Assembly: GCA_045129995.1 (NCBI GenBank)
Contig: JBGUOX010000048.1
Location: 16,381-80,380 of the forward strand
Reading direction: 5' to 3'
Length of the DNA: 64,000 bases
Source of the DNA: Ruminococcus sp.
Lineage (GTDB): Bacteria; Bacillota; Clostridia; Oscillospirales; Acutalibacteraceae
In this document: piece by piece, positions 26,246 to 36,632 of the stretch
Position numbering within the stretch: the stretch's first letter is position 1
Layout: every line of letters begins with the position of its first letter
Position numbers and translations under genes: made by a program
Notes under the pieces: generated by a model
Databases searched by the model: none
What the model was told of the DNA's origin: nothing
Seen by the model: the letters and a program-made list of their open reading frames with translations, nothing else

Positions 26246-27964
26246 ATGGACACTGTAAAGCTTTATGACATCTGGTGTGAGAACGCCACAGATGATAACG
26301 ACCTTATTGATGAGCTGAAAAGCATTAAGGATGACGAAGAAGCCATCTATGACCGTTTTTACACCTCTTTAAAATTCGGTACTGCCGGTTTGAGAGGCGT
26401 TATCGGCGCCGGCACCAACAGAATGAATATTTATGTTGTGCGACAGGCGACCCAAGGTCTTGCTAACTATGTACTTAACAAATACGGAAGCGGCGCTGTT
26501 GCGATCTCGCACGACAGCAGGATCAAAGCCGATCTGTTTATGAATGAAGCGGCAAGAGTTTTGGCTGCGAACGGCATTAAGGTATATATCACCACCGAGC
26601 TGCAGCCCACTCCTGTTCTGTCATATTTGGTGCGCTATTTTAACTGCCGTGCAGGTATTATGGTGACCGCCAGCCACAACCCGGCAAAGTATAACGGTTA
26701 TAAGGCATACGGCGAGGACGGCTGCCAAATGACAGATGATGCTGCGACCGCCGTATATAATGAGATCCAGAAGCTTGATATGTTCCAAGACGTCAAACTT
26801 GCCGATTTTGACGAAGCGATTGCTTCCGGTATGATCGAATATGTTGACGACAGCGTTTATGACAGTTACCTTGAGAAGGTCTTGGAGCAGCAGGTTAATC
26901 CCGGCATTTGCGAGGGCGCTGACCTTAAAATCGTTTACACACCGCTTAACGGCACCGGCAACAAGCTGGTAAGAAGGATCCTTAAGAAGATCGGTGTTGA
27001 ACAGGTTGAGATCGTTAAGGAACAGGAAATGCCTGACGGCAACTTTACTACCTGCCCCTACCCCAACCCGGAAATCAAAGAAGCTCTGCAAAAAGGACTG
27101 GATCTTTGCGAAAAGGTACAGCCTGATCTGCTGCTTGCTACCGATCCCGACGCGGACAGAGTAGGCATTGCGGTAAAGGATTACGACGGCAGCTACCGCC
27201 TGATCACCGGTAACGAGGACGGCGTAATGCTGACAAACTACATTCTTTCGTGCTGCAAAGAATCCGGCACCCTGCCCGATCGTCCTGTTGTTGTTAAAAC
27301 CATTGTTACTACAAAGCTTATCAACAAGCTGTGTGAAAAATACGGTTGCGAGCTTAAAAACGTGCTGACCGGCTTTAAATACATCGGCGAAGTAATTCTG
27401 AACCTTGAAAAAGATCACGAGGAGAACCGTTATCTTTTCGGCTTTGAAGAAAGCTATGGCTATTTGAAGGGTACATATGTAAGAGATAAGGACGCTGTGG
27501 TCGCGTCGATGCTGGTCGCGGAGATGGCTGCTTACTACAAGAAGCAGGGCAAATCCTTAGCTGAAGTAATTGACGGTTTGTACGAGGAATTTGGCTATTA
27601 TCTCAACCAGACCTTTGCCTTTGAATTTGAGGGCGCCGAGGGTATGCAAAAGATGGCTGATATGATGTCATCTGTCAGAGAAAAGCTTCCCAAGGCGATC
27701 GACTCTTACAAGGTTGTGAAGGTCAGCGATTATCTGCTGAAAAAGGAGACCGATTTGATTACCGGCGAGGTAGAAAAGCTGACGCTGCCTACCTCTAACG
27801 TAATTGCGCTGCATTTAGAGAGTGACAACGCGGTTATCATTCGTCCCAGCGGCACCGAACCGAAGATCAAGCTATATGTAACCGCTGTAGGCAAAGACCG
27901 CGCAGACGCTTTGGATATTTGCGAAAAGCTGGTTAAATCTTCAAAAGAGTTTTTAGGTATTTAA
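26246..27964 (+). CDS. pgm: Phosphoglucomutase/phosphomannomutase
   Basis: FGTAGLRG, TASHNP, DPDADR, FEESYG, RPSGTEPKIK. Confidence 0.95.
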   Translation: MDTVKLYDIWCENATDDNDLIDELKSIKDDEEAIYDRFYTSLKFGTAGLRGVIGAGTNRMNIYVVRQATQGLANYVLNKYGSGAVAISHDSRIKADLFMNEAARVLAANGIKVYITTELQPTPVLSYLVRYFNCRAGIMVTASHNPAKYNGYKAYGEDGCQMTDDAATAVYNEIQKLDMFQDVKLADFDEAIASGMIEYVDDSVYDSYLEKVLEQQVNPGICEGADLKIVYTPLNGTGNKLVRRILKKIGVEQVEIVKEQEMPDGNFTTCPYPNPEIKEALQKGLDLCEKVQPDLLLATDPDADRVGIAVKDYDGSYRLITGNEDGVMLTNYILSCCKESGTLPDRPVVVKTIVTTKLINKLCEKYGCELKNVLTGFKYIGEVILNLEKDHEENRYLFGFEESYGYLKGTYVRDKDAVVASMLVAEMAAYYKKQGKSLAEVIDGLYEEFGYYLNQTFAFEFEGAEGMQKMADMMSSVREKLPKAIDSYKVVKVSDYLLKKETDLITGEVEKLTLPTSNVIALHLESDNAVIIRPSGTEPKIKLYVTAVGKDRADALDICEKLVKSSKEFLGI

Positions 27965-27975
27965 AATAATAAATT

Positions 27976-28020
27976 GAGCCGGATCAAAACTTGGAATGGT
28001 TTTGTTCCGGCTCTTTTTTT
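27976..28020 (+). terminator. Terminator between convergent pgm and purD
   Basis: GAGCCGGA...TCCGGCTC followed by T7. Confidence 0.75.
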
Positions 28021-28040
28021 GCTTTATGTATATTTTTCTG

Positions 28041-29306
28041 TTACTTTGTTCTTCCGATGTCGGTTCGATAATGAGCGCCTTCAAAGGAGATCTTTTTTAC
28101 AGCGGCGTAGGCTTTTTCAAGCGCTTCGTCGAGGGTGTCCGCTTTTGCGGTAACGCCGAGGACTCTGCCGCCGTTGGTGTAGAATTTGCCGTTTTCGTAT
28201 TTGGTGCCGGCATGATAGACGATCGCGCCGTCCACGCCGCCGTTTTCGTCCAATCCAAACATTTCAATACCCTTTTTATATGACACGGGATAACCGCCGC
28301 TTGCCATAACTACACAAGCAGCCGCACCGTCGTACCATTCGATATCGAGGTCGGACAAGCGCTCGTCTATGACAGCTTCGCAGATGTCAACCAAATCTGT
28401 TTTCAATCTCGGAAGCACTACCTGCGCCTCGGGATCGCCGAAACGTGCGTTATACTCAATGACCTTAGGCCCGTTGGGCGTCATCATCAAACCGAAGTAC
28501 AGGCAGCCCTTGAACGGTCTTCCCTCTTTGTTCATCGCTTCGATGGTAGGCACAAAAATGGTTCTCATACACTCATCCGCAAGCGCGTCGGTGTAGTAAG
28601 GATTGGGGCTTACGGTGCCCATACCGCCGGTATTAAGACCTTCATCGTTGTCATAAGCGCGCTTGTGATCCTTGGAGCTGACCATCGGCTTGACGCAGTG
28701 ACCGTCGGTGAACGCAAGAACGGACACCTCGGGGCCGGTCAAAAACTCTTCGATGACGATATTGTTTCCTGAATCACCGAACTGCTTGTCCTCCATAATG
28801 GACTTGATCGCCGCAACCGATTCTTCAATTGTTTGGGCTATGATCACGCCCTTGCCGAGCGCAAGACCGTCCGCCTTGACAACTACGGGCGTTGTGTTTT
28901 CGGACTTGACATAAGCTATCGCTTTTTCGGGATCGTCAAAAACTTCATATTTGGCAGTAGGGATCCCGTATTTTTTCATAAGGTTTTTGGAGAAAACCTT
29001 GCTCGCCTCGATAATGGCAGCGTTGGCATTTGGGCCGAAGGCTCGAATACCTGCTGCCTGCATAGCGTCTACCATACCGTCGGCAAGCGGATCATCAGGA
29101 GCGACAAACACCAGATCAATGGCGTTATCCTTCGCGAACTTTACCATATTCTCCTTGTCCATTACGCCGATGTTGACCAACTCGGCGTCACGTGAAATGC
29201 CGCCGTTGCCGGGTGCGCAATAAAGCTTTTCGCATTTAGGGCTTTCAAGCAGCTTTTTGATAAGCGCGTGTTCTCTGCCGCCGGAGCCAATCATTAATAT
29301 TTTCAA
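28041..29306 (-). CDS. purD: Phosphoribosylamine-glycine ligase
   Basis: GSGGREHAL, KADGLALGKGV, NTGGMG, EYNARFGDPE, TNGGRVL. Confidence 0.98.
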   Translation of the reverse strand: MKILMIGSGGREHALIKKLLESPKCEKLYCAPGNGGISRDAELVNIGVMDKENMVKFAKDNAIDLVFVAPDDPLADGMVDAMQAAGIRAFGPNANAAIIEASKVFSKNLMKKYGIPTAKYEVFDDPEKAIAYVKSENTTPVVVKADGLALGKGVIIAQTIEESVAAIKSIMEDKQFGDSGNNIVIEEFLTGPEVSVLAFTDGHCVKPMVSSKDHKRAYDNDEGLNTGGMGTVSPNPYYTDALADECMRTIFVPTIEAMNKEGRPFKGCLYFGLMMTPNGPKVIEYNARFGDPEAQVVLPRLKTDLVDICEAVIDERLSDLDIEWYDGAAACVVMASGGYPVSYKKGIEMFGLDENGGVDGAIVYHAGTKYENGKFYTNGGRVLGVTAKADTLDEALEKAYAAVKKISFEGAHYRTDIGRTK

Positions 29307-29331
29307 TGAAATACACCTCTTTTGCGGAGAA

Positions 29332-30510
29332 TCAATGGTGAAACAAACGGATGCCTGTGAAGGACATCGTCATATTGTACTTGTCACAGGTTTCGATAAC
29401 GTTGTCATCGCGAATGGAACCGCCGGGCTGTGCCACATACTGCACGCCGGAACGCTTTGCGCGTTCGATGTTGTCGCCGAACGGGAAGAACGCATCGGAA
29501 CCGAGAGATACACCGCTGAAGGTGGCAAGCCATGCCTTCTTTTCCTCCTTGGTGAGAGGTTCGGGCTTAGTCTTGAAGAACTGCTCCCAAACGCCGTCGG
29601 CAAGCACATCCTCATAGTCGTCGGAAATGTAAACGTCGATAGTGTTGTCGCGGTCGGGGCGGCGGATATTGTCAACGAAAGGCAGGTTCATTACCTTCGG
29701 ATGCTGACGAAGGAACCAGATGTCCGCCTTGTTGCCCGCAAGACGCGTGCAGTGGATACGTGACTGCTGGCCTGCGCCGACGCCGATTGCCTGGCCGCCC
29801 TTGGCGTAGCATACGGAATTGGACTGGGTGTACTTTAAAGTAATGAGAGCGATAAGCAGGTCGCGCTTGGCTTCCTCGGGAAGCTCCTTGTTCTGAGTAA
29901 CGATATTCTGCATCAGCATAGCTTCGTCGATCTTAAGCTCGTTTCTGCCCTGCTCAAAGGTGATGCCGAATACATCCTTATGCTCAATCGGATCGGGAAC
30001 GTAATCAGGATCGATCTTAACCACATTGTAGCTGCCTTTGCGCTTTGTCTTGAGGACTTCCAGCGCTTCGGGAGTGTAGTCCGGCGCGATGATACCGTCG
30101 GAAACCTCACGCTGCAACAGCTTTGCGGTCTGAACGTCACAGGTGTCTGATAGTGCTACCCAGTCGCCGTATGAGGACATTCTGTCAGCACCGCGCGCCA
30201 TGGCATAAGCGGAGGCGATGGGCGATAATTCGAGATCGTCTACAAAATAGATCTTTTTTAAAGTGTCGTTAAGCTCAGTCGCAACCGCAGCGCCTGCCGG
30301 GCTTACGTGCTTGAAAGAAGCCGCAGCGGGAAGTCCCGTAGCCGCCTTAAGCTCGCGTACGAGCTGCCAAGAGTTGAAAGCGTCAAGGAAATTGATGTAG
30401 CCGGGCTTGCCGTTTAATACCTCAACAGGTAAGTCCTTGCCGTTCTGCATAAAGATTCTGGATGGCTTTTGGTTGGGGTTGCAGCCGTATTTGAGTGCTA
30501 ATTCATTCAT
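29332..30510 (-). CDS. purH: AICAR transformylase (PurH C-terminal domain only)
   Basis: LKYGCNPNQ, SFKHVSPAG, KYTQSNSV, GAGQQSRIHC, SDAFFPF; lacks the N-terminal IMP cyclohydrolase domain. Confidence 0.95.
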   Translation of the reverse strand: MNELALKYGCNPNQKPSRIFMQNGKDLPVEVLNGKPGYINFLDAFNSWQLVRELKAATGLPAAASFKHVSPAGAAVATELNDTLKKIYFVDDLELSPIASAYAMARGADRMSSYGDWVALSDTCDVQTAKLLQREVSDGIIAPDYTPEALEVLKTKRKGSYNVVKIDPDYVPDPIEHKDVFGITFEQGRNELKIDEAMLMQNIVTQNKELPEEAKRDLLIALITLKYTQSNSVCYAKGGQAIGVGAGQQSRIHCTRLAGNKADIWFLRQHPKVMNLPFVDNIRRPDRDNTIDVYISDDYEDVLADGVWEQFFKTKPEPLTKEEKKAWLATFSGVSLGSDAFFPFGDNIERAKRSGVQYVAQPGGSIRDDNVIETCDKYNMTMSFTGIRLFHH

Positions 30511-30541
30511 CGGTATCGTCCCTTTCTATAGCTGTTTTTGA

Positions 30542-31258
30542 TTACTGATTTTTATTGATGATTCTGGATTCGGCTTTGCCGGTGGCAATGTCGATATAAC
30601 GCACAAACAGAGAAACCTTATTGTCCTCGTTGAGCGCATTCCAGACATTTTGCGCAAAGGCGTCGATGTCGTCGTTGCCGATTTCTACAAGCGTAGGCTC
30701 GCCTTCAAAAGAAGGAAGCGGATCGCCGTCGCTCATATAGGTGTGGATAAATCTGCCTAATCCAGCCAAAGGAGCGTCATAGGAGAAGGTGTAGCGTTCA
30801 CAGCAATCAGGATTTCCGTCGGCGCTTTTGAGGATGGACATCGCGTAGTTCATACCGCCGTCGCTGCACTTGACAATGCCGGAAATTCGCGGAGTATAGT
30901 TGGGCGCGTCGGGTTCAAACTCGCGGGTACGAAGCGCCTGCTCAAAGGTGAGCTGCTGGTTCATCAGATCATAAATCGTGTCGGTTTGATCGCCGTTGGT
31001 GACGATCGTCTTGTTGCCGAGCACACGAACGGGCGCGTAGATAATAAGCGAGGGATCGACAAGCTTTGAGGGATCGAACGCCTCGGTTTTGATGCCGTCC
31101 GCTGTTTCAACAAACACGCGGTTACGGCTGTTCTCGCTTCTGCCCATGATAAAGTAGGCGATGACCGCCTTGGTGCCGTCGGCTGTTCTGCCGAGCACAA
31201 TGCCTCTTCCGGGATAGGTTGTGGAGGCGATTTCCTTTGTTAGAGATACCGCTTTCAT
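30542..31258 (-). CDS. purO: IMP cyclohydrolase, PurO-like
   Basis: YPGRGI, YFIMGRSENSRNR, NGDQTD, EPDAPNYTPRISG; located between purN and the truncated purH. Confidence 0.88.
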   Translation of the reverse strand: MKAVSLTKEIASTTYPGRGIVLGRTADGTKAVIAYFIMGRSENSRNRVFVETADGIKTEAFDPSKLVDPSLIIYAPVRVLGNKTIVTNGDQTDTIYDLMNQQLTFEQALRTREFEPDAPNYTPRISGIVKCSDGGMNYAMSILKSADGNPDCCERYTFSYDAPLAGLGRFIHTYMSDGDPLPSFEGEPTLVEIGNDDIDAFAQNVWNALNEDNKVSLFVRYIDIATGKAESRIINKNQ

Positions 31259-31267
31259 AATTTCCTC

Positions 31268-31894
31268 CTAGTCTTGGATTTCGGTAATACTACCGTTTAC
31301 TTTTATTTTATCTTCACAGAAAAGCGCGACAGCTTTCGGAAGGATCTTCCATTCCGCCTGTTCCATCACACGTTTCTGAAGGATTTCGGGAGTGTCGCCG
31401 CTTTGGATCTCAACGGCTTTTTGCAGGATTATAGGACCGCCGTCGCAGATCTCATTGACAAAATGCGCGGTTGCGCCCGTGACCTTGACGCCCTTTTTCA
31501 ATGCTTCCTCGTGTACGCGCAGACCGTAGTAACCCTCGCCGCAGAAGGAAGGGATAAGCGCTGGATGGATGTTTATAATACGGTTTTCATATGCGCGGAT
31601 TACACGGCTTCCGAGAATCGTCATAAAGCCGGCAAGGACGACCAAATCCGCATTTTTGCTTTGCAAAAGCGCTGTAAGAGCGTTGTCGTAATCTTCGAAT
31701 GCGTCGTAGTCCCTGCGACGGATAACGGCGGTTTCGATACCGTTATCCTTTGCTCGCGTCAGAGCATAGGCGTTTGGGTTTGAGGAGATAACGCAGGTGA
31801 TTTTTCCCGCCTTGATCTCTCCCCTTTTTTGCGCGTCGATCAGCGCCTGCAAATTGGTGCCGCCGCCGGACACAAGTACAACAATATTCTTCAT
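31268..31894 (-). CDS. purN: Phosphoribosylglycinamide formyltransferase
   Basis: VSGGGTNLQA, LAGFM, NIHPALIP, GATAHFV. Confidence 0.97.
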   Translation of the reverse strand: MKNIVVLVSGGGTNLQALIDAQKRGEIKAGKITCVISSNPNAYALTRAKDNGIETAVIRRRDYDAFEDYDNALTALLQSKNADLVVLAGFMTILGSRVIRAYENRIINIHPALIPSFCGEGYYGLRVHEEALKKGVKVTGATAHFVNEICDGGPIILQKAVEIQSGDTPEILQKRVMEQAEWKILPKAVALFCEDKIKVNGSITEIQD

Positions 31895-32928
31895 CAGGCA
31901 AAAACAACTCCTTTGCTGCCTTTGACCACTTCGCCCAGCACGACCGCATCCTCGCCGTTTGCCTTTAATACTTCGATCGCCTTTTCCGCTTCATTGGCGG
32001 CAACCGCAACAACCATTCCAACGCCCATATTGAAGGTATTGAACATATCGTGCTCGCTGATATTGCCGACACGCTGCATAAGCTTGAAGATGGGCAGCAC
32101 GGGAATAGCTTCCTTAGTGATTTTTGCGCAAAGACCGTCGGGGAGCATTCGCGGAATGTTTTCATAGAAGCCGCCGCCGGTGATGTGAGACACTGCCTTG
32201 ACTTCAACCTGATCCATCAGTGCCAGGATCGGCTTTACGTATATTCTGGTCGGAGTAAGCAGAGCTTCGCCAAGCGGCTTGTCGAGCTCGGGATAAGTGT
32301 TGTGTATGGTTTCTTCGTTGATTCCGAAGATTTTTCTGACGAGCGAAAAACCGTTGGAATGAACGCCTGTGGAGCGCAGTCCGATAAGCGTATCGCCTTC
32401 CCGAAGCTTTGAGCCGTCGATCATTTTTGGCTTGTCAGCAATGCCTACAGAGAAGCCGGCAACATCGTATTCATCCTCCGGCATCAGACCCGGATGCTCG
32501 GCGGTTTCGCCGCCGATAAGCGCACAGCCGGACTGCACACAGCCCTCCGCGATGCCCTCAACAATAGACGCAACCTTCTCGGGAATATTCTTTCCGATCG
32601 CGATATAGTCAAGGAAGAACAAGGGCTTTGCGCCGCAGCAAATGATGTCGTTTACACACATTGCAACTGCGTCGATGCCGATCGTGTTGTGCTTGTTGAG
32701 CAGGAACGCCAGTTTGATTTTGGTTCCGACGCCGTCGGTTCCGCTGACCAAAACAGGCTCTTCCATTCCCTTGCAATCGGGAGCGAACAAGCCGCCGAAG
32801 CCGCCGATTCCGGAAACTACGCCGGGAATGTTGGTGCGCGCGACGTGCTTTTTCATCAGCTCTACGCTTTTATAGCCTGCGGTGATGTCAACACCTGCCG
32901 CCTTATAACTCTCAGAAAAGCTTTCCAT
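31894..32928 (-). CDS. purM: AIR synthetase
   Basis: [43 protein letters not shown]. Confidence 0.98.
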   Translation of the reverse strand: MESFSESYKAAGVDITAGYKSVELMKKHVARTNIPGVVSGIGGFGGLFAPDCKGMEEPVLVSGTDGVGTKIKLAFLLNKHNTIGIDAVAMCVNDIICCGAKPLFFLDYIAIGKNIPEKVASIVEGIAEGCVQSGCALIGGETAEHPGLMPEDEYDVAGFSVGIADKPKMIDGSKLREGDTLIGLRSTGVHSNGFSLVRKIFGINEETIHNTYPELDKPLGEALLTPTRIYVKPILALMDQVEVKAVSHITGGGFYENIPRMLPDGLCAKITKEAIPVLPIFKLMQRVGNISEHDMFNTFNMGVGMVVAVAANEAEKAIEVLKANGEDAVVLGEVVKGSKGVVFA

Positions 32929-32948
32929 AAAAATCCTCCGTAAACTGT

Positions 32949-34397
32949 TTATTTATGAATCTTGGTAGCATATTTATCAACAAAGAAGGTTGTCGGCACC
33001 TCAGCGCTGAACTGCTTGGTAAAGCATCCGTCGCAAAGCGAATTATTGCAGCCCTGCACGGTTTTGTGAAGTCCCTCTACGCTGAGATAGCCCAGTGTAT
33101 CCGCGCCGATTTCGCAGCGGATCTCCTCGATGCTCATTTTATTGGCGATAAGATTCTCTTTGTCGCTGATGTCGGTGCCGAAATAACACGGACAAACAAA
33201 CGGAGGAGAGCTTATCAGCATATGGATCTCCTTTGCCCCTGCGCTTCGCAGCAAATTGACGATGTGCTGCGAGGTTTGTCCGCGGACGATCGAATCGTCA
33301 ATAACGACGATTCGCTTGCCCTCGACGTTGCATTTGAGCGCCGTAAGCTTTGTGTGAAGCAGGCGCTTCTTTTTATCCATACCGGTACCGGCGTTTCTTC
33401 CGAGGAATTTATTCTTGATAAAGCCCATACCGTACGGGATGCCGGACGCGCGCGCATAGCCCTCGGCAGCAATGATGCCGGAATCGGGTACGCCGCAGAC
33501 CATATCGGCGTCGATCGGGTATTCCTTGAACAGCTGTTCGCCTGCTCTAAGCCGCGCCTGATAAACGCTTACATTATCAATTACACTGTCGGGACGCGCG
33601 ATATAGACATACTCAAAAACACAGAGCGAGGTCTTTTCGGGCTTTTCGTCCAGCTGAAAGCTATGGAAGCCTTCCTCGTCAATTACGATCATCTCACCGG
33701 GACGAACATCGCGGATAAGCGCAGCGCCGATGGTGTCCAGTACACAGCTTTCGGATGTGATGATGTAGCTGTCGCGCAGCTTGCCCACGCACAACGGACG
33801 GAAGCCGTAAATATCGCGGAAACCGATCAGTCGCGTCGGAGCACAAATTACTGTTGAATAGGCGCCCTTGAAGCGCTTCATCGACGCAAGCACGGCGTCC
33901 TCCAGATTATCGGTACTCACGCGTTCTGTAGCGATGACATACGCCATCACCTCAGCGTTGGAATTGGACTGGAAAATAGAACCGCCGCGTTCAAGCTCCT
34001 TGCGTATTTCGGGAAAATTTGTGATAGAGCCGTTGTTGGCGATGGCAATAGAGCCCTCGCGGTAACGCAGCACAAGCGGTTGGTTAGCAGCGCGGTCAAG
34101 CGCCATACCGGAAGTGTATCGAACGTGACCTACAGCGATTTTTCCGTCAGGCAATTTGTGCAAGGTCTTTTCCTGAAAGACCTCGCTGACCATACCAAGC
34201 TCCTTGATCGTTGTAAAGTGCTGATTATCGTTCACCGTGATTCCGGCGCTGATATGTCCGCGGTGCTGCAGACTGTACAAAGCGTCGTGAGTAACAGACA
34301 CCACGTTCAAATCATCATTGTTTTTATAGATTCCGAATACACCGCACTCGTCGTTTGCTTTATCGAGCGCGGGACAGATGTCAACACAATTTGTCAT
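32949..34397 (-). CDS. purF: Amidophosphoribosyltransferase (divergent)
   Basis: Propeptide then [48 protein letters not shown]. Confidence 0.9.
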   Translation of the reverse strand: MTNCVDICPALDKANDECGVFGIYKNNDDLNVVSVTHDALYSLQHRGHISAGITVNDNQHFTTIKELGMVSEVFQEKTLHKLPDGKIAVGHVRYTSGMALDRAANQPLVLRYREGSIAIANNGSITNFPEIRKELERGGSIFQSNSNAEVMAYVIATERVSTDNLEDAVLASMKRFKGAYSTVICAPTRLIGFRDIYGFRPLCVGKLRDSYIITSESCVLDTIGAALIRDVRPGEMIVIDEEGFHSFQLDEKPEKTSLCVFEYVYIARPDSVIDNVSVYQARLRAGEQLFKEYPIDADMVCGVPDSGIIAAEGYARASGIPYGMGFIKNKFLGRNAGTGMDKKKRLLHTKLTALKCNVEGKRIVVIDDSIVRGQTSQHIVNLLRSAGAKEIHMLISSPPFVCPCYFGTDISDKENLIANKMSIEEIRCEIGADTLGYLSVEGLHKTVQGCNNSLCDGCFTKQFSAEVPTTFFVDKYATKIHK

Positions 34398-34894
34398 GAA
34401 AGCTCCGCCACCTTAGCCTGCATTGCTGCATCCTTTTTTGCAACGCCGTTTTCCATATCAGATTTCATTTTTTCAAGCTTTTCGGAAAGCGCGTCGTCTG
34501 ACAGCGCAAGGATCTCTACAGCCAGAATGGCGGCGTTAGCGGCGCCGTCAACGGCAACGGTGGCAACCGGAATGCCGGTAGGCATCATAACGGTTGCAAG
34601 CAGAGCGTCCATACCGTCGAGCTGTGCGGACTTGCAGGGAATGCCGATTACGGGAATGGTAGTTTTTGCGGCGAGAACTCCGGCGAGATGCGCCGCCATA
34701 CCTGCGGCTGCAATGATAACTCCGAAGCCGTTTTTCTTGGCGTTTGCGGAAAACTGGATGGCGGCGTCGGGCGAACGATGCGCGCTCATCACATGAACCT
34801 CGTAGGGAACGTTAAACTCCTTCAGCTTTAACACCGCTTTGGAAACAACGGGAAAATCACTGTCGGAACCCATAATAATCGCTACTTTTTTCAT
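34394..34894 (-). CDS. purE: N5-CAIR mutase / AIR carboxylase
   Basis: IMGSDSD, SAHRSP, AGMAAHL, MPTGIPVATV. Confidence 0.98.
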   Translation of the reverse strand: MKKVAIIMGSDSDFPVVSKAVLKLKEFNVPYEVHVMSAHRSPDAAIQFSANAKKNGFGVIIAAAGMAAHLAGVLAAKTTIPVIGIPCKSAQLDGMDALLATVMMPTGIPVATVAVDGAANAAILAVEILALSDDALSEKLEKMKSDMENGVAKKDAAMQAKVAELS

Positions 34895-34934
34895 GATGAT
34901 TCACTACCTTTATTAAATCTATTTTAACTTATTT

Positions 34935-34963
34935 ATTATATAAGAAAAGCCGCTAAAATGCAA
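34935..34963 (-). promoter_or_regulatory. sigma-A promoter of the pur operon
   Basis: Minus strand TTGCAT-17 nt-TATAAT, about 40 nt upstream of purE. Confidence 0.7.
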
Positions 34964-35004
34964 TAACTTTAAAGAATTATAACGTATTAAGCAAAAAACT
35001 GCTA

Positions 35005-35033
35005 TTGATTCCGAAATCTGTTTTTGATATGAT
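35005..35033 (+). promoter_or_regulatory. sigma-A type promoter with no downstream ORF
   Basis: TTGATT-17 nt-TATGAT with extended -10 TG. Confidence 0.45.
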
Positions 35034-35098
35034 AGTATCAGAAAGTCGGAAACAGGAGATTTTACAGCTTTTTTATTGAGTTTTTTAAGCAGATAAAC

Positions 35099-35129
35099 AG
35101 CCGGTACCGAAACGGTACCGGCTTATTTT
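35099..35129. terminator. Terminator hairpin at the end of the SPFH gene (T-rich on both sides)
   Basis: AGCCGGTACCG-AAA-CGGTACCGGCT. Confidence 0.75.
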
Positions 35130-36033
35130 AGTTGTTTTCGTCTTTCCAAATTTCCCTGACGGCGGCAACAGAGCCAGCTAAGCCCTGAATGTCAGAGGGA
35201 ATGATGATTTTTGTAGCCTTGCCGTCGGCAGCCTTTGCAAAAGCCTCAAGACTGCGCAGCTGAATTACGCGGTCATTAGGCGCGGCTTCGTTCAACATTC
35301 TCAGTGCGTCGGCATTCGCCTTTTGCACGGTAAGGATCGCTTCTGCCTCACCCTGCGCCTCACGGATCTTCTGCTCTTTAACAGCGTCAGCCTTAAGAAT
35401 GGCAGATTCCTTCAAGCCCTCGGCAACGAGGATCTGACTGCGCTTTTCGCCCTCTGCGTCGAGGATACGCGCGCGGCGCTCACGCTCCGCCTTCATTTGC
35501 TTTTCCATCGCGTCCTGGATTTCGCGCGGAGGCAGAATGTTCTTAAGCTCTACGCGAATAACGCGGATGCCCCAAGCGTCGGTAGCTTCGTCAAGTATGA
35601 TGCGGATCTTATCGTTGATAGTGTCGCGCGAGGTCAGTGTGTTATCCAGCTCCAGATCGCCGATAATGTTACGCAGCGTGGTGGCTGTAAGGTTTTCGAT
35701 CGCGCTCAGCGGACGCTCTACGCCGTAGGTATAGAGCTTGGGATCGGTGATTTCAAAATACACAACGGTGTCGATTTGCATGGTAACGTTATCGCGTGTG
35801 ATAACCGGCTGAGGCGGAAAATCGACAACCTGCTCCTTTAGGGATACACGCTTTGAGATCTTGTCGATAAACGGCGTTTTGAGGTGCAGGCCGGTTTCCC
35901 ATGTGGCGTGATACGCACCGAGACGCTCGATAACAAACGCGTGTGCCTGCGGCACGATTTTGATGTTGCGAATGATCAGGATGATAATGAATAAAACAAT
36001 AATGCTGATGATAAAAATAGGTATTGCACTCAT
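35128..36033 (-). CDS. SPFH/Band 7 (stomatin-like, QmcA) protein
   Basis: N-terminal TM, ERLG, VITRDNV, TLRNIIG, QMKAERERRA coiled coil. Confidence 0.95.
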   Translation of the reverse strand: MSAIPIFIISIIVLFIIILIIRNIKIVPQAHAFVIERLGAYHATWETGLHLKTPFIDKISKRVSLKEQVVDFPPQPVITRDNVTMQIDTVVYFEITDPKLYTYGVERPLSAIENLTATTLRNIIGDLELDNTLTSRDTINDKIRIILDEATDAWGIRVIRVELKNILPPREIQDAMEKQMKAERERRARILDAEGEKRSQILVAEGLKESAILKADAVKEQKIREAQGEAEAILTVQKANADALRMLNEAAPNDRVIQLRSLEAFAKAADGKATKIIIPSDIQGLAGSVAAVREIWKDENN

Positions 36034-36482
36034 AGCTGTTCTCCTTGAATCTTTTTTGTAACTATCAGCTTGACGCCCTCAATAGCGATCACGCTGACCT
36101 TCTCACCTTTTTTCAGCGGCGGATTGTCTGTGCGGACGCTCCACACAGATCCCATAACCTTTGCCTGTCCGATAGCCTCGGGATCGTTTAAATCAGTCTG
36201 CATCTCGCCGGTTTGTCCGATCATTCGGTCGGCATTGGTGTTGACCTTTACGTTGTTTCGTTTGAATTTGACAACAAGCGGGCGTGTTATTACCAGCGAC
36301 AGCAGCGAAACACATACAAATACTGCCAGCTGAATGATCCAGCTATCGGTGAATAGTCCTGTGACCGCAGCTGACAATGCGCCCAAAACAAACCAAACAG
36401 AGACAAGCTGAACCGTGGTCATTTCCAACGCTGCCATTACAACGGCAACGCCTATCCAAATCAGAATTTGATATACGTCCAT
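36030..36482 (-). CDS. NfeD-like (YbbJ) partner of the SPFH protein
   Basis: 3 TM segments plus OB-fold G-x-x-W...V-x-x-IEGVKLIV; 4-bp overlap with the SPFH gene. Confidence 0.92.
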   Translation of the reverse strand: MDVYQILIWIGVAVVMAALEMTTVQLVSVWFVLGALSAAVTGLFTDSWIIQLAVFVCVSLLSLVITRPLVVKFKRNNVKVNTNADRMIGQTGEMQTDLNDPEAIGQAKVMGSVWSVRTDNPPLKKGEKVSVIAIEGVKLIVTKKIQGEQL

Positions 36483-36632
36483 AGCACCACTCCTTTATTC
36501 TTTTTATATCATATTCACCGAAAAAAAGCAATAATAATCACAATTATTTCACCTAAATTTCGATTGCGGCACTCTTTTTTGATTATTATGTGATATAATT
36601 GGGTTATCAAACATCATTTGTAGGTGAAAAAT

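Noticed and set aside
34895-35000. Purine or ZTP riboswitch upstream of the pur operon
   Set aside because: The promoter lies about 40 nt from purE, leaving no room, and no aptamer consensus is visible.
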